Below the pieces are notes generated by a model, which made no database searches, was not told the origin of the DNA, and worked only from the letters and a program-made list of their open reading frames with translations. The translations under genes and the position numbers were made by a program. A stretch of 57,208 nt of DNA, filler included, from Trichosphaerium sp. ATCC 40318 (lineage: Eukaryota > Protista > Tubulinea), in assembly GCA_038496445.1 (NCBI GenBank). It is 2 parts of 2 records of this genome, joined end to end, with 100 filler letters (N's around TTAATTAATTAA, not from the genome) between each part and the next. Parts side by side here need not be neighbours in the genome. Positions count along the whole stretch, not along the records: positions 1 to 25,648 come from JALMLS010000262.1; 1 more part is not named here. One strand, 5' to 3'. Below are positions 13,161 to 24,847 of the stretch, one piece after another; position 1 is the first letter of the stretch, and every line of letters begins with the position of its first letter.

Positions 13161-16100
13161 TACCCACAAAAGACTATAAAAGGCGATTCTGTATATTGTA
13201 GAGACTGTAAACGGTTTTATGAATGCAAATACTATTGGTACAGGCATATTAAAAAGCACAAGCATCATTCGGCGACCTTTAGGGAAGTTGACGACCACGG
13301 TGGTTTGTCCGGCACGTTTTTACCACATTTATGATGTAAATGTTTAATTGTTGTTTATAACGTTTAGGCAACTCTCACTCAAGCGATGACATGGAAATAG
13401 ACTACTATCAAACGGGATCAAACATGTTAAATGAAGTTCACATTGTTGCTACAGGTCTAAAAAAATATACCAGTTTTTTTGGTATATACCACTTTTATAC
13501 CACTTTTTTATACCAGTTTTTTATGGTATATACCAAAAAAAGTGGTATATTTTGACCGAAATATACCAAAAAAAGTGGTATATTGACCAAATATACCAAC
13601 AATATACCAAAAAAAACAGGTATAAAAACAGAAAATATACCACTTTTTTTCACCAGAAAAAAAAAAATATACCACTTTTTTATACCACTTTTTTTAGGTA
13701 TATACCACTTATATACCACTTTTTTATACCAGTTTTTCATGGTATATACCACTCTTATATACCACTTTATGCCTACTTATGGTACACCTGCAATTCCAGA
13801 AAATACACTTTATTTAATACACAGTTTGTGAGTTACAAGTTTTGGACAATGTCCACTACAGTTACATTACTATGGGCGTCTGGAAAATTCGTCCATCTCC
13901 ATGAGCTTGCTGTACCTACTGTAAAAACATGCTGCGCACCTAATAAAAGTGGTCCCACCTGAATCTATCAATTACTAAGGCCTACGGAGGTCGGTTAATG
14001 TATATCAAACGAAAATAAAATAACACTTTGTCTGGTACCCACGAACGTCTGTATAATACCTGCAATATAGTTTCCTTAATGTTGGTACTGGAATCAGGTC
14101 CTGCGGTTTGAATGAGCTTGGTTTGGTTAGATTCTATCATATACTAAGGTCCCTACGCACCGTTCAATGTATGACGTCTATGATCGTTCAACAAGAAAAC
14201 CCATTACCAAAAAGCTCCTTAATGACCTTCTTGAAGCATACCATAAAAGTGGTATATACCAATAAAAAGGTGGTATATACCACATACCATAAAAAGGTGG
14301 TATATACCACTTTATATACCATTTTTAGAAGGTCTCATTATGTGAATAAAAAGTGGTATATACCACTTCCATATACCACTTTTTTATTCACTTAATTTCT
14401 AAAAAAAGTGGTATTTCAAAATGGTATATACCAGTTCATATACCATTTTGTTGAAAAAAGTGGTATATACCATAAAAAAACTGGTATATACCACTTTAAT
14501 TTTTAGACCTGTACAAGTGATGGAGAAAACAATATAAATGATCAAGAAAGCGACGCAAGTGATACAAGTTCCGACAGCGATTCCTCTAGCGACTCTGAAC
14601 ATATTTTTGACAACTCAGCCTACGAATATAATGAAGGTGACTATGACAATGTAGAGTTGTTTTATAACACCAATGAATCAAATGACATTTCATCACATGA
14701 GCAAGTAAATGAAAGTGAATTCTCTGGTACGATACTGTGTTTTATTTAATGTTTATTCATTGCACAGATGAAAATGAACAACAAAGACTGGAGCGAGAAA
14801 ATAGACCACCATTGTTTGCACCTAAAGAAACGTTAGCGAATGCTACCCCGGAAGAAATGTTTGGCTATCTTTTATTTGCTTTGAAAATGGAGTACAAGTT
14901 ATCAAAAGTATTGTGTGAAAAGATTCGGACATTGTTTAACGCAGTACTGCCCTCTTTTGGCATGCCTAAAAAAAGCACGCTACCATTACTGTTGTACTGT
15001 TTGTTAATACAATCCGTTTAGATTTAATAAGCTGCTCCATTGGCAAATTGTTTGGCGTGATAAAGAATAAGGTACAAACAACAATTTTAGTTCATTGCAC
15101 AAAAAGTTGACCAGTTTAGTTTTTGCTTAGCTTCAAACCAAAGAAGATTACAGTTTCAAAGAGGAATAAGAAAACAAACGCCATTATATCCAAGATCTCT
15201 ATACCTTTCTTTGCACCTTCTGAACACATTAAAAGAACTCTTTATGACCTACATAAAAGAGATAGCATAGCAGAATGTGTGTCGTTTACACCTTCTACTG
15301 TATCCATTGTAAGAGATGACAGTTTAACAACAGTTAAAAATGTGCTTCGAGGTCCAGAAACAGGTACCCAAATCAAGCGAGTTTTCAATGATGTACTTGA
15401 AGAGTACCAAGCGGATAAAAAAAACACCATTTTGCTTCCAGGTATGGGATTACAGTAGCATATTGAAATGTTGTATACTCACATGTTAAACCAAGCGTAC
15501 ATAAGCAAAGATGACTTTACATACGACAAGAAAGACAGTTTTGGTCCATTGTACCTTGTTGTATGGAACTTGCCTAATAGCGCAGGTACCACAGGCAAAA
15601 TGATGATTGCTGTATTGCCAAAGTGTCACCATGAAGAAGATTTGTTGGAGCACGTAGTACAAGATTTTTTGAATGTTTATAACGGCATGCGGTGTTATAT
15701 TAAAAGTGAACAAAAGGTTAGGTGTTAATGTACAAAAGTTTGAACTAACAAATTGTGCAGTATTATACAGTTTATTTGAGGTTGACAAAGATACTTGGTG
15801 ATAGTCCAGGATCAAACCGACTTATATGTGAGTTTATGTATTATATTTTGCTATTGACACTTGTAAACAGCGATGATGTCTACCACATCTTATCATCCAT
15901 GCAGAATATGCCGTGTGAAGAAAGATTCTTTTAAATACACTAATCCCAGTGCACTTATTGCTGCTTATCGTAACACACAAGAAACCTTGGATGACTTAGC
16001 CAAGTATTCTTACAACAAACACATCACTTCATGTTACAGCGTTAACTTACAGGTGATTGCTTGGACTGGGTTTTTTATTGTCTAATGTTTGTTTAGTCGC

Positions 16101-17495
16101 CCTTTAGCAAACTTTTAAAGTGCAATTTTGATTTCTTTTTGGACTCTCCTTATTGTCCGTTTCATAACATCATATTGGACATAGGACAAACAATAATCAT
16201 TGAAACATTAAGATTTATGGAACAATTACAAGGAATAAAACCTTTTCGTAAGAAAATACAAAACAGAATCAAATACATCAGACGTCAAAACAAAAGCTTG
16301 GGCAAGTAAGTGATACAAGACTTTTTATCCTTCACAATTGACAAATTAAAATCATAGAATGAAACCGGTGTGGAATGATAAAGGATGCATGGTGGATGTC
16401 AGTTGGGATGGAGTTGATACACGCTCTTTTCTTCAGATGGCTACTCTCGTTTTTCGAAACATCTTACCTAAGCGTTTGATGACAATGTGGTGTGTATTTA
16501 CTACAATATGTTATTGTTTAAACCTGTACTAGGAAAGAATTACTGTTTTATATAGTATTGACACAAAAAGATTACTTGTATGAAGAACAGGTGGCATCGT
16601 TGACAGAACACTACAAGCGACTTATGCATAAAATCACTGTTTGTTTTCCTGGTACTTTGTCTTAACATTGTGTTTCAATTAATGCTTATTTTTTAGACTT
16701 AAACATCAATACAATAAACTTTCATGTCTTTTACCATTACGAGTACATGTGTAGAAAGTTTGGAGTGTTTAAACACTTTAGGTATGTAGTTGGAAAAGTG
16801 TTTTATTTCAAAGTGATTTTATTATTAGTACATATGCCTGTGAGTCAAAACACGCTACCATTAGAAGTTGAAAAGCCTCATCTAAAAACCATGATAAAAT
16901 AGAGTAATGAACAACCATTTGGTGTATATTAACATTTAAAATAGAGATATAGGAAGTAAAGAAATTCCTTGGCTATTGCTTTCATACAATGGAAAATTTG
17001 ATGAGGTGTGCCGATCCTTGAAGATTGAACAAGATAACTCGACAACTACAACTGTATCAACACCAGCATTTTATAGAAGAGAAAAAATGGTGTGGTTTTT
17101 AAGTATGGTTGATTTTATTACACGTCATTGGTTTAATCTTTTTATTAGAGTATTTAAAAGGAACACACCTGTTGTCTCATAAACAAAAATTAAGTTTGGA
17201 TGCCTCGATGCCTTACCTTGATAAACAAGTGCTTCATGCCAAATGGATTTGGTACAACACTGTTAAATCAAAGGATGGTACTTGGAAGGTATCGGCATCA
17301 GCAAGGACAGTTTTTAAAGCTTGGCGTCTTCCACAATTGGAATCTAAAAAAAAATGTATTTGTATTTTGTTCAGGTAAAAGTGGAATGTCTTTGTATATG
17401 AGTGTGTAACAAGCATGTGCATTGGTACAGTCATGGAAAGTCAAGGAACAAAGTTAGGATTTGTGAAAAAATCAGTTTTTTTCCTTATAATATAG
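13161..17495 (+). pseudogene. Intron-containing CACTA/EnSpm (Transposase_21/Plavaka-like) DDE transposase with N-terminal C2H2 finger, interrupted by a MITE
   Basis: C-x2-C-x12-H-x3-H (CRDCKRFYECKYYWYRHIKKH), acidic linker, then ISKDDF..DSFGPLYLVVWNLP, ILGDSPG, HPCRIC and DIGQTIIIE, matching the CACTA-type D..S...Y....NLP / GD.P / C..C / D..H...E motif series. Start codon not found. Confidence 0.7.
13452..14511 (+). mobile_element. 1060-bp MITE, 12-bp TIR CAGGTCTAAAAA, 2-bp TSD (TA), dense subterminal GGTATATACC palindromic repeats
   Basis: TIRs at both ends; TA at 13450-51 and 14512-13; excision restores the frame NEVHIVAT/SDGENN; second copy at 24848-25648. Confidence 0.93.
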
Positions 17496-18812
17496 TTTTG
17501 TATGTTTATAATTAATTACTAAACAAACAAATTTCTATGATATAAGTTTTTCTCTCCAATTCATTATATTTTTTATACATTATTTTTTTAATAAAAGTTC
17601 AATATTCAAAAAAAAACCAAAAAAAATGCCCAAGTCGAATCATAGTAACTTCATAACATAGTTTTCTCTGTTATGAAAATATCGCGGACGACGAACTTAT
17701 TTTGACTTTGATTAATTGATGAGAAGCACAGCAAGGCACATACAGCTAGCCTTGAAGACATCACACACTCAAGAAGCCTCAGGGAACAAAATGGCAGCTA
17801 AAGAGCTAAAAGATAAAATAGGTACTCAAATAAATTTAAAACCTTTAAAATTAAGCTTTTAAAATTAATTTAAGGCTAATAAGCCTAAAAGAAATCAATT
17901 TGAAGAGTTTTTTGATTTTGAGAAATTTTATGGAATTCATTGAATGTTTACTTTTGCTGACTTAAGTTTTTATGTTATATATAACATATAATATTATATT
18001 TTGACAACAGATTGGACCGATCCGTTAGTAAAACAAATTTTATTTTGTTTTATATTTGGATCGGACCGATCCATCACCAAAATATTATTTTGAAAATATT
18101 TATATTTTATATATAAATAAAAAAATAATTTTTGATAGTTGGATTGGTCCGATCTGTTATCGAAATATATTTTTGTTTGTTTCGTAAATGGATCGGACCA
18201 ATCCATTATCGAAATATATTTATTTTTGTTTCGTAAATGGATCGGACCGATCCATTATCAAAATATATTTATTTTTGTTTTGTAAACGGATTGGACTGAT
18301 CCATTATCGAAATATATTAATTTTTGTTTTGTAAACGGATCGAACTGATCCGTTCTTGTAATATATATTTGTTTGTTTCGTAAACGGATCGGACCGATCC
18401 ATTGTCATAATATTATTTATTTTTTATTATATTTGATTTAATATCTTTATTAGGAGAGGATTGGCTTTGTATTGCAAAAGAAGATCATTATGACACTTTC
18501 AGAAAGCTACAAGAATATATAATTCAATATGGTGCTGTAGTGGATGGTAATGGTGAAAGATATGGGTTTATGTAAGTTAATACATTACAATATATATACT
18601 TACTCATTTATAGTGAATATCACAAAGGTGCTACAGGTCTTTTTGCAAAATTGATGCCATGGAGTGTATTTGAGACCTTATTATGTAAATGTTTTGGTGA
18701 GACATTAGAGGAATTAGAGGTTAAAATTAAAGATGACAAAAACTTTATTAATGATATAAGAGTAAGTATTACCATATCAGGCTATACTAATTGAGTTAGG
18801 CACACTTACCAT
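14854..18812 (+). repeat. Right arm of the ~3.95-kb inverted duplication
   Basis: Reverse complement of 996-4940. Confidence 0.97.
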
Positions 18813-21800
18813 TTCTTACAAATAACAAACAACCAATTGAATTTATAGATGCCATACAATCAGATTATAAAGCATCTCCAAAAAGGTGGTTTAACCTTGT
18901 TAAAAGAAAAGCAGCTGAGACAGATGAAGCCTTTTTCACACGATTTTCCAGAAGAAAGCATATTTGGAGTCTTCTAATCAAACTTGAACTATTTCCAAAA
19001 GCTGTTGGTCTACAACTTGCTAATGGTAACCACTATAAAGGGTTTTTAATGAAATACTACAGAAAGTCTTTGATGATATCAACTATGAAAGAGACAGATA
19101 ATTATCAAAAGTATGTATTAGTTTATTGCAATTAGTTAATCTACTATAGGTATTTGATGACAACTGGCCCAAGTTGTTTTACATTACCTGATAATTACCA
19201 AGAATTATTTAAAGAAGATGATCATTTTATTGATATTAGCAATAAAACATACACACCGGCAGAAAAAGCAAAAAGTTTGACAGTTCCATCAATGTCAGAC
19301 CTTGTGTGCTTTTTACCAGTCAGAGGTTTTAATTTAGAAAACTTTTTATTACAAATGGCAGCAGCTACAAAAGCAAGTCCACCACACAATAGAAAAATAT
19401 TATTGGTCGAAAGTGGCACTTTATATGTACCAGGTGGAAGGAAAGGAAAACCTCAAGTTCATCTTGGTTTTTGTCTTGGTGATGGCTCTCATGGTTTACT
19501 AGCATCTTTATGGTACAAATACTCATACACAATAACTAATATTTATTTTAGTATTTTGAAAAAGGATTTTCAATTAAAAACTGTGGGTTGGTTGTCTGTG
19601 CGTGTGAGATTAAATAGCATTATATCCTTTTGTGCAGCATGGAACAAATTGAGACAGGCCACAAAAGATAGTCATCTTTTAGATAAAATGATATTTTGTT
19701 ATGATAAATTTTGTGAACAGTATGGATTAGAAAAAGTACGATATCAATATAAATCATATCATTTACCTAAATGTAGAATGGCGATTTTTCTGTGACAAGA
19801 AAGTCTCCTAGGAAACCTGGTGTAACTTTTCAATCAGTAAGATTATTTTTATTTTCTATTGTACTAATAGTTTAGGTGTATAACTTTTGTGATCTTGGAG
19901 TGTCAAACCTAGTAAGAACTCCCAGAGAGTTTAAATTGATTGTAAGAGGAGGGACTTTTTTGCATGGTATAGATAAAGATCTTATTGAATTGATGGGTTT
20001 ACAAGCAACCTCAGTACAAATAGTTGCACATGCACATAACTACTAACTATCTATATAGTTAAATAGACTGCCTACAGGCTTTAATCAAAGATGGTTTGGA
20101 GATATATTTTGGGTTAAAGCTCCTAAAAGGATGAGAATAGCAGTACGTACAAAGTTCAAACATTAGCAAAACTAAATTTGTAATAAAATACATGATGTTT
20201 TGTCAACGGATCGGACCAATCCGTACACGTAATATATCTTATAATGTTTCACCAACGGATCGGTCCGATCCGTACACGTAATATATCTTATAATGTTTCA
20301 CCAACGGATCGAACCGATCCGTACACATAATATATCTTATAATGTTTCACCAACGGATCGAACCGATCCGTTTACGTAATATATATTTCTGTGTTTTATT
20401 AACATGTCAAACTGATTTGTAGAAAAAAAGTTAATATGTTATATTATTAATATGTTTAGTTTTTAAAAGCTGTTGGAAATAGACAGTATACATGTGATCC
20501 CAAAGCTAAACAGAAGTTTAAACAATACATAAATGCAAAAAACACACTAGAAGCTGTACAATTTTTTCAATAACACAATATTAACATATATTTGTAGTTA
20601 TGGGACTTTGTTAAAACACACTTAAAACAAGACCCTTTAACGCACAGAGATATCATGGCTTTAGATGATACAAATCACCTAAAAAGGCTATACACATTTG
20701 ATCCCACCCTATTATTTCCTCCTGCAGAAGGTTGGCCACCAGCAAAAGATAAAGACCATCCTTTGGCTCAACAAAGGAAAAGCACAGAGGAATTAAACTA
20801 TTCAAATGATTCAGTAACAGTGGCAATGGGTTATAATTGCTTACAAGCATATGACAGCTATTATTCTGAGCACAAGCACATTAGTATACACTTTCAATTT
20901 ATAATATTAATACTAAATATATACTAGGAAAAACACTTCATAGCAGAGTTATTGAAAATATGAAGAAATACAAGGAAAAAAAGCAGAAACAAACAAAGTC
21001 AGCTAAACAAAGCAGAAAACCATTAACTGACCATGAAAAAGCTGCTACATCTCATTGGAGCAAACATTATGGTAAAGACAAGACAACATTGGCAGGTAAA
21101 ACATCATTTTATACATTTAAATACATAACTATTTGTAGCCAAAGTAAAAGTATATGATAATTATAAAAGACAAAAAAGATTCTCATCAATCTAATAAATC
21201 CAGCGAAAATGCTGATATTGTTGTTGATGATGATGATGATGTGAATATGCAAGATGTAAACACTTCAAGTTCAACAAAAAGAACCTCTACAAAGGCACAA
21301 AAAACATCAAGTAGAAAAACAAAACAGAAAGAGGAAGAAGATGAGTCATCTTCATCATCAACAGAACATGACAGAGAAGATAATGAATTTAATCCTTCAG
21401 ATTCTGAACAAAACATTGATGATGTTTCAAAAAAAAATACAGATTCTATGTTTGAGCCATCTCAATCTAAAAATGTTGAAGAACAAATGACAATGGTTAT
21501 AGATAAAATATTGGAAATTGGAGAATTTGTTTCTTATTCAAAACCAGAAGATTCAAATGTTGTGCAAATCACAATTGATGTACATCCTAGCAATGTTGCA
21601 TATCAAAAACTTATTTCTAGTAAGTAATACAAAATATATCCATATTTATAATATTAGGTACTCCTTTTATACAATCACAAAGGCAAATAGAACATACACC
21701 AAGTTATGATGAAAGTGAAAGTGACAGTGAAAATGAAGATGATGAAGAAGAAGAAGAAAAAGATGTGCAAAAAGGACCTGATATACAGCGAATATCTCCA

Positions 21801-21899
21801 AGGAAAACACAAAAAAAGAAAAGCCTGGAAAACCACCAAAAGGCCAACCAACAAAGAAAAAAAGAAAAAGAATTGCAAAAAAATGAACACAGTATATGA
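17719..21899 (+). CDS. Large multi-exon protein of unknown function with charged low-complexity C-terminus; probably the accessory ORF of the Sola-like element
   Basis: About 13 exons join in frame at GT..AG sites (…KIGEDWLCIAKEDH…, AHLPFLTNNKQ…, YLMTTGPSC…, VYNFCDLG…, LWDFVKTH…). Convergent with the transposase, stops ~53 bp apart, and shares its intronic palindromes. Start uncertain (17719 or 17791). Confidence 0.72.
18008..18402. repeat. Intronic array of 8 GGATCGGWCCGATCC-like palindromes (~49-bp period)
   Basis: Lies in predicted intron 17822-18453. Confidence 0.93.
20206..20371. repeat. Intronic array of 4 palindromes, exact 49-bp period
   Basis: Copies at 20206, 20255, 20304 and 20353 within predicted intron 20143-20459. 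Confidence 0.95.
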
Positions 21900-21952
21900 A
21901 GATGTGATATATTTTGTTAGTTAGAAAAATTAAAATAAAATTTATTTACTTT

Positions 21953-24847
21953 TTACACATGATGTACTCTGTTTTCTATATCTGGTCCTCCAATAAATGC
22001 TGTTTGATCATCATTTGTATTTTCCATTTCTCTAATAATAGCATCTTCATCTACATCCATGTTGGAATTGTGCTTTAGAATATCACTTATTGTAGGTTGT
22101 TCTTCATATCCATCAATTGTGTATTGTTCTCTATGAAACAAATTCCATAAATCATTCTCTGGTGGTGGAGTATAGACTGTATCTGTTCTACCTTTAGGTG
22201 GACGACTGGCAGGCTTAGGATACAATGTAGTGGGACTTGTTGTATCTAGTTGAAATTGGCGTGCAAGACTGTATATATCCCAAGCTTTGTTTGGTTTAAG
22301 TACTCGTTTGTTTACAACCATTTGTTTTGTATCTTCATCAAATGTAGAATAAGTGCAAGGCAAGTTGCTGAAAAAAACCAATGGTGTATTTTTTGCTCTA
22401 CTGTTGTGCATATCAAAGATATGTTTTTTTGCTCCTATTGCTATTTCTGATGTAGCTACCATGTGCACCTTGCCATTGGTTCCTTTTAAAATCCTATGGG
22501 GAAAAAACATGTAAGTTATACACTTTAACAGAATGCATACATTATTTCTGCCATTCCTCTTAAGTGTAGTGCTTTTTTATTGCCTTCAGTATCTTTACTT
22601 GGTGTTCTCCATCTTTTAATGAAAGGTTTGATATTTTTAAATTCAGGTTGTTTCATTTCTACTCCACTCACATTTTCAGGTGCATTATATAAATCATGTA
22701 TGTGTTGCATAGTAGTAAGCTCCCTGTACATGAAGTTAATCTTTTTTAACAATACAATTGTATGTAAAAATATACCTTGTGGATGATGCTAGCCTGACAG
22801 TGGCAAAAGCACGATCATTAGGCAAAAATGTATGGCCAATTCGTAAATACCTCAAAGTTACAGATAGAAACATATTTCTATCAACAAGCTCGCAATAAAA
22901 CTTTATCAGCTCCCAACATTTGTTTTGAGCTGTGCAATTATCAGACCACATCACCAAATGCCTTTTTTTATTCTTTATGGACATAAGATGCTTGTAAATC
23001 ACAGAAATAGTTTGATGCGCCTTTTTTTCTCCTATATATTCAGACCAATAATAGATTGTAGTTTGTTTTGTGCTAGCATCATAGATGCCAAGTGGATTTA
23101 TTGATAGTGACCTAAGCTCTCAAAATTAGTCTTATGATTGTAACTTTATAATACTTTTTTGTACCTCAAATAAAATTGTATCTGTGGTTGGTCTTTAAAC
23201 TTTGGCATGCTTGTCATTTGCATATAATCTATTGACAACACTGTGGATGTGGCTCTTTTCCAAGTCTCATACAAATGCCAAGTATCATAGTAACGTGGAT
23301 TAAAAAGGCCAATATTTTTTGTTGTGTGAAATGAAGGCTCACTTTCATATCCCTCCCAACTTACTAAATATCGAACATCTGTAATTTTACGCTTTTTTCT
23401 TCTTTTTCTTAGTGGAGGGGCCTTTCGTTTTTTAGTATTACTTTGTGGTAAAATTGAGTGTTGATCAATCTCTGTTCTGGTGTGCACAGTCATACCCAAT
23501 ATGCCATTTATGAAATACTCTTTGTTTTCATCTTCTATTGTACCATATTGCCAGCCTACTGGATTGTTATACCAATCTGCATGTCCATTTGTTTTAATTG
23601 CACTTTTCCAATAACTTTCTAACTCTATAATATCTTTCACATTTTGTTTCATATATAACAGTGCAGGTAGTTTTAATTTAGTTTGAGTTTCTTCATCAGT
23701 GTGTTTTAATTCTTCTCCCATATCAAAACGCATAAATTCAGTACGTCTTGTTGCTATTGCATGGTGTATAAACTGTCGTTCTTTTAAAGCTTTTCTTTGT
23801 TGGATAGTTATTGTTCTGTCTGCATATTTGCATTTATACCAAAAACAAATGTTACATGCATCTTCTCGAGGTTTTTTGAATTTAAACACACCTTTTGTAT
23901 ATTCCATAAAATATCTACAATAAAAATAAACTTTACAACAATCATCAATAAATACCTGTGAAATGTACTATATGAAAGTACATTATTGTTTGGATCAATG
24001 TTTGGATAATTTTCCATATCTTCTTCAGCAGGCATTGCTTTGTGCCAGTTATTTTCCTTGATTAAATTTTTGTACATAATTGTTTCAGTAAGACCTACTG
24101 AAAAATACCAGTATGTTTTATAATTTGCCAAAGCATAATGACTTTTTTGTACTCTGTGTTTTTTTATGAAGGTATGTATTGTTTTTATCATAGTAGCACT
24201 TTTTCTAAATATTTCATAAGTTTAGACAACATAAAACAGAATGTTATATAGACGGATCGGTCCGATCCGTTAACGAAACATACAATATATTGTTATGACA
24301 AATATTTATTGTAAGCTTATAAGTGATGGATCGGTCCGATCCGTATACATAACAGATGATGCGTAGTTACTTCAATCAAACGAGTACCTATTTGATTTAT
24401 TATTGTGATAGCCTCTTTTATCTTCAACAAATCCTAGTTTTTCTGTTCTAAACTTATTGATTGAATGCAATGGCCCATGACTTATGCCATATACACTTTT
24501 AAAAAAAGAACAACATACTTTTTGTTTAGTGCCATTTCCATAAAATATATAATAATTATTTGATGTTTTTCCCTCTTTTTGATATATCCCTCTGTTCAAA
24601 ATACCAATTTTATCCTTATAACTACCAGCAAAGTAATAAATAGCTTTTAAAGCATATAAGTAATCTTTGTCAAATTTGCTCCAACATTGTCCATTACATT
24701 TACATCTATGTATCTTTTTTTCCATGAATTTTTCCCAATTTTCATCAGTACATTTTTCTGGTTTAATCACTTCTTTGAAATCTACACACAATGTTTCATT
24801 TTCTGCTTGTTTTGAAATTAATTGACTTTCATTGAATATTCCTGGAT
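21953..24847 (-). pseudogene. Sola1-like DDD DNA transposase with inserted chromodomain-like segment; 5' end interrupted by a MITE
   Basis: Motifs CKC..QCW, KVCCSFFKSVYGIS, DKRG, KPREDACNIC, SIDYMQ..P....QFYLR, YWSE, WSDNCTAQNK and GHTFLPNDRAF; multi-exon; frame stays open up to the MITE junction at 24848; one A-run frameshift at ~23020. Confidence 0.75.
24252..24344. repeat. Two GGATCGGTCCGATCC palindromes in transposase intron 24205-24387
   Basis: ACGGATCGGTCCGATCCGT at 24252 and ATGGATCGGTCCGATCCGT at 24326. Confidence 0.93.

Noticed and set aside
13495-14602. ORFs rich in YTT/VVY/GIY (and copy at 24964-25236)
   Set aside because: Translations of GGTATATACC subterminal repeats of a non-coding MITE.
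18008-18402. CRISPR-like array (palindromic repeats with spacers)
   Set aside because: Spacers within each array are near-copies of each other, the repeats are degenerate and intronic, the context is eukaryotic, and no cas genes are visible.
996-18812. Giant TIRs of a Polinton/Maverick or endogenous virus
   Set aside because: The arms are duplicated gene fragments; no pPolB, rve integrase, packaging ATPase or capsid is recognisable and the genes are intron-rich.
21706-21924. Lys/Met-rich ORF MMKVKVTVKMKMMKKKKKK
   Set aside because: Off-frame reading of the acidic (DESESDSENEDDEEEEE) last exon of the 17719-21899 gene.
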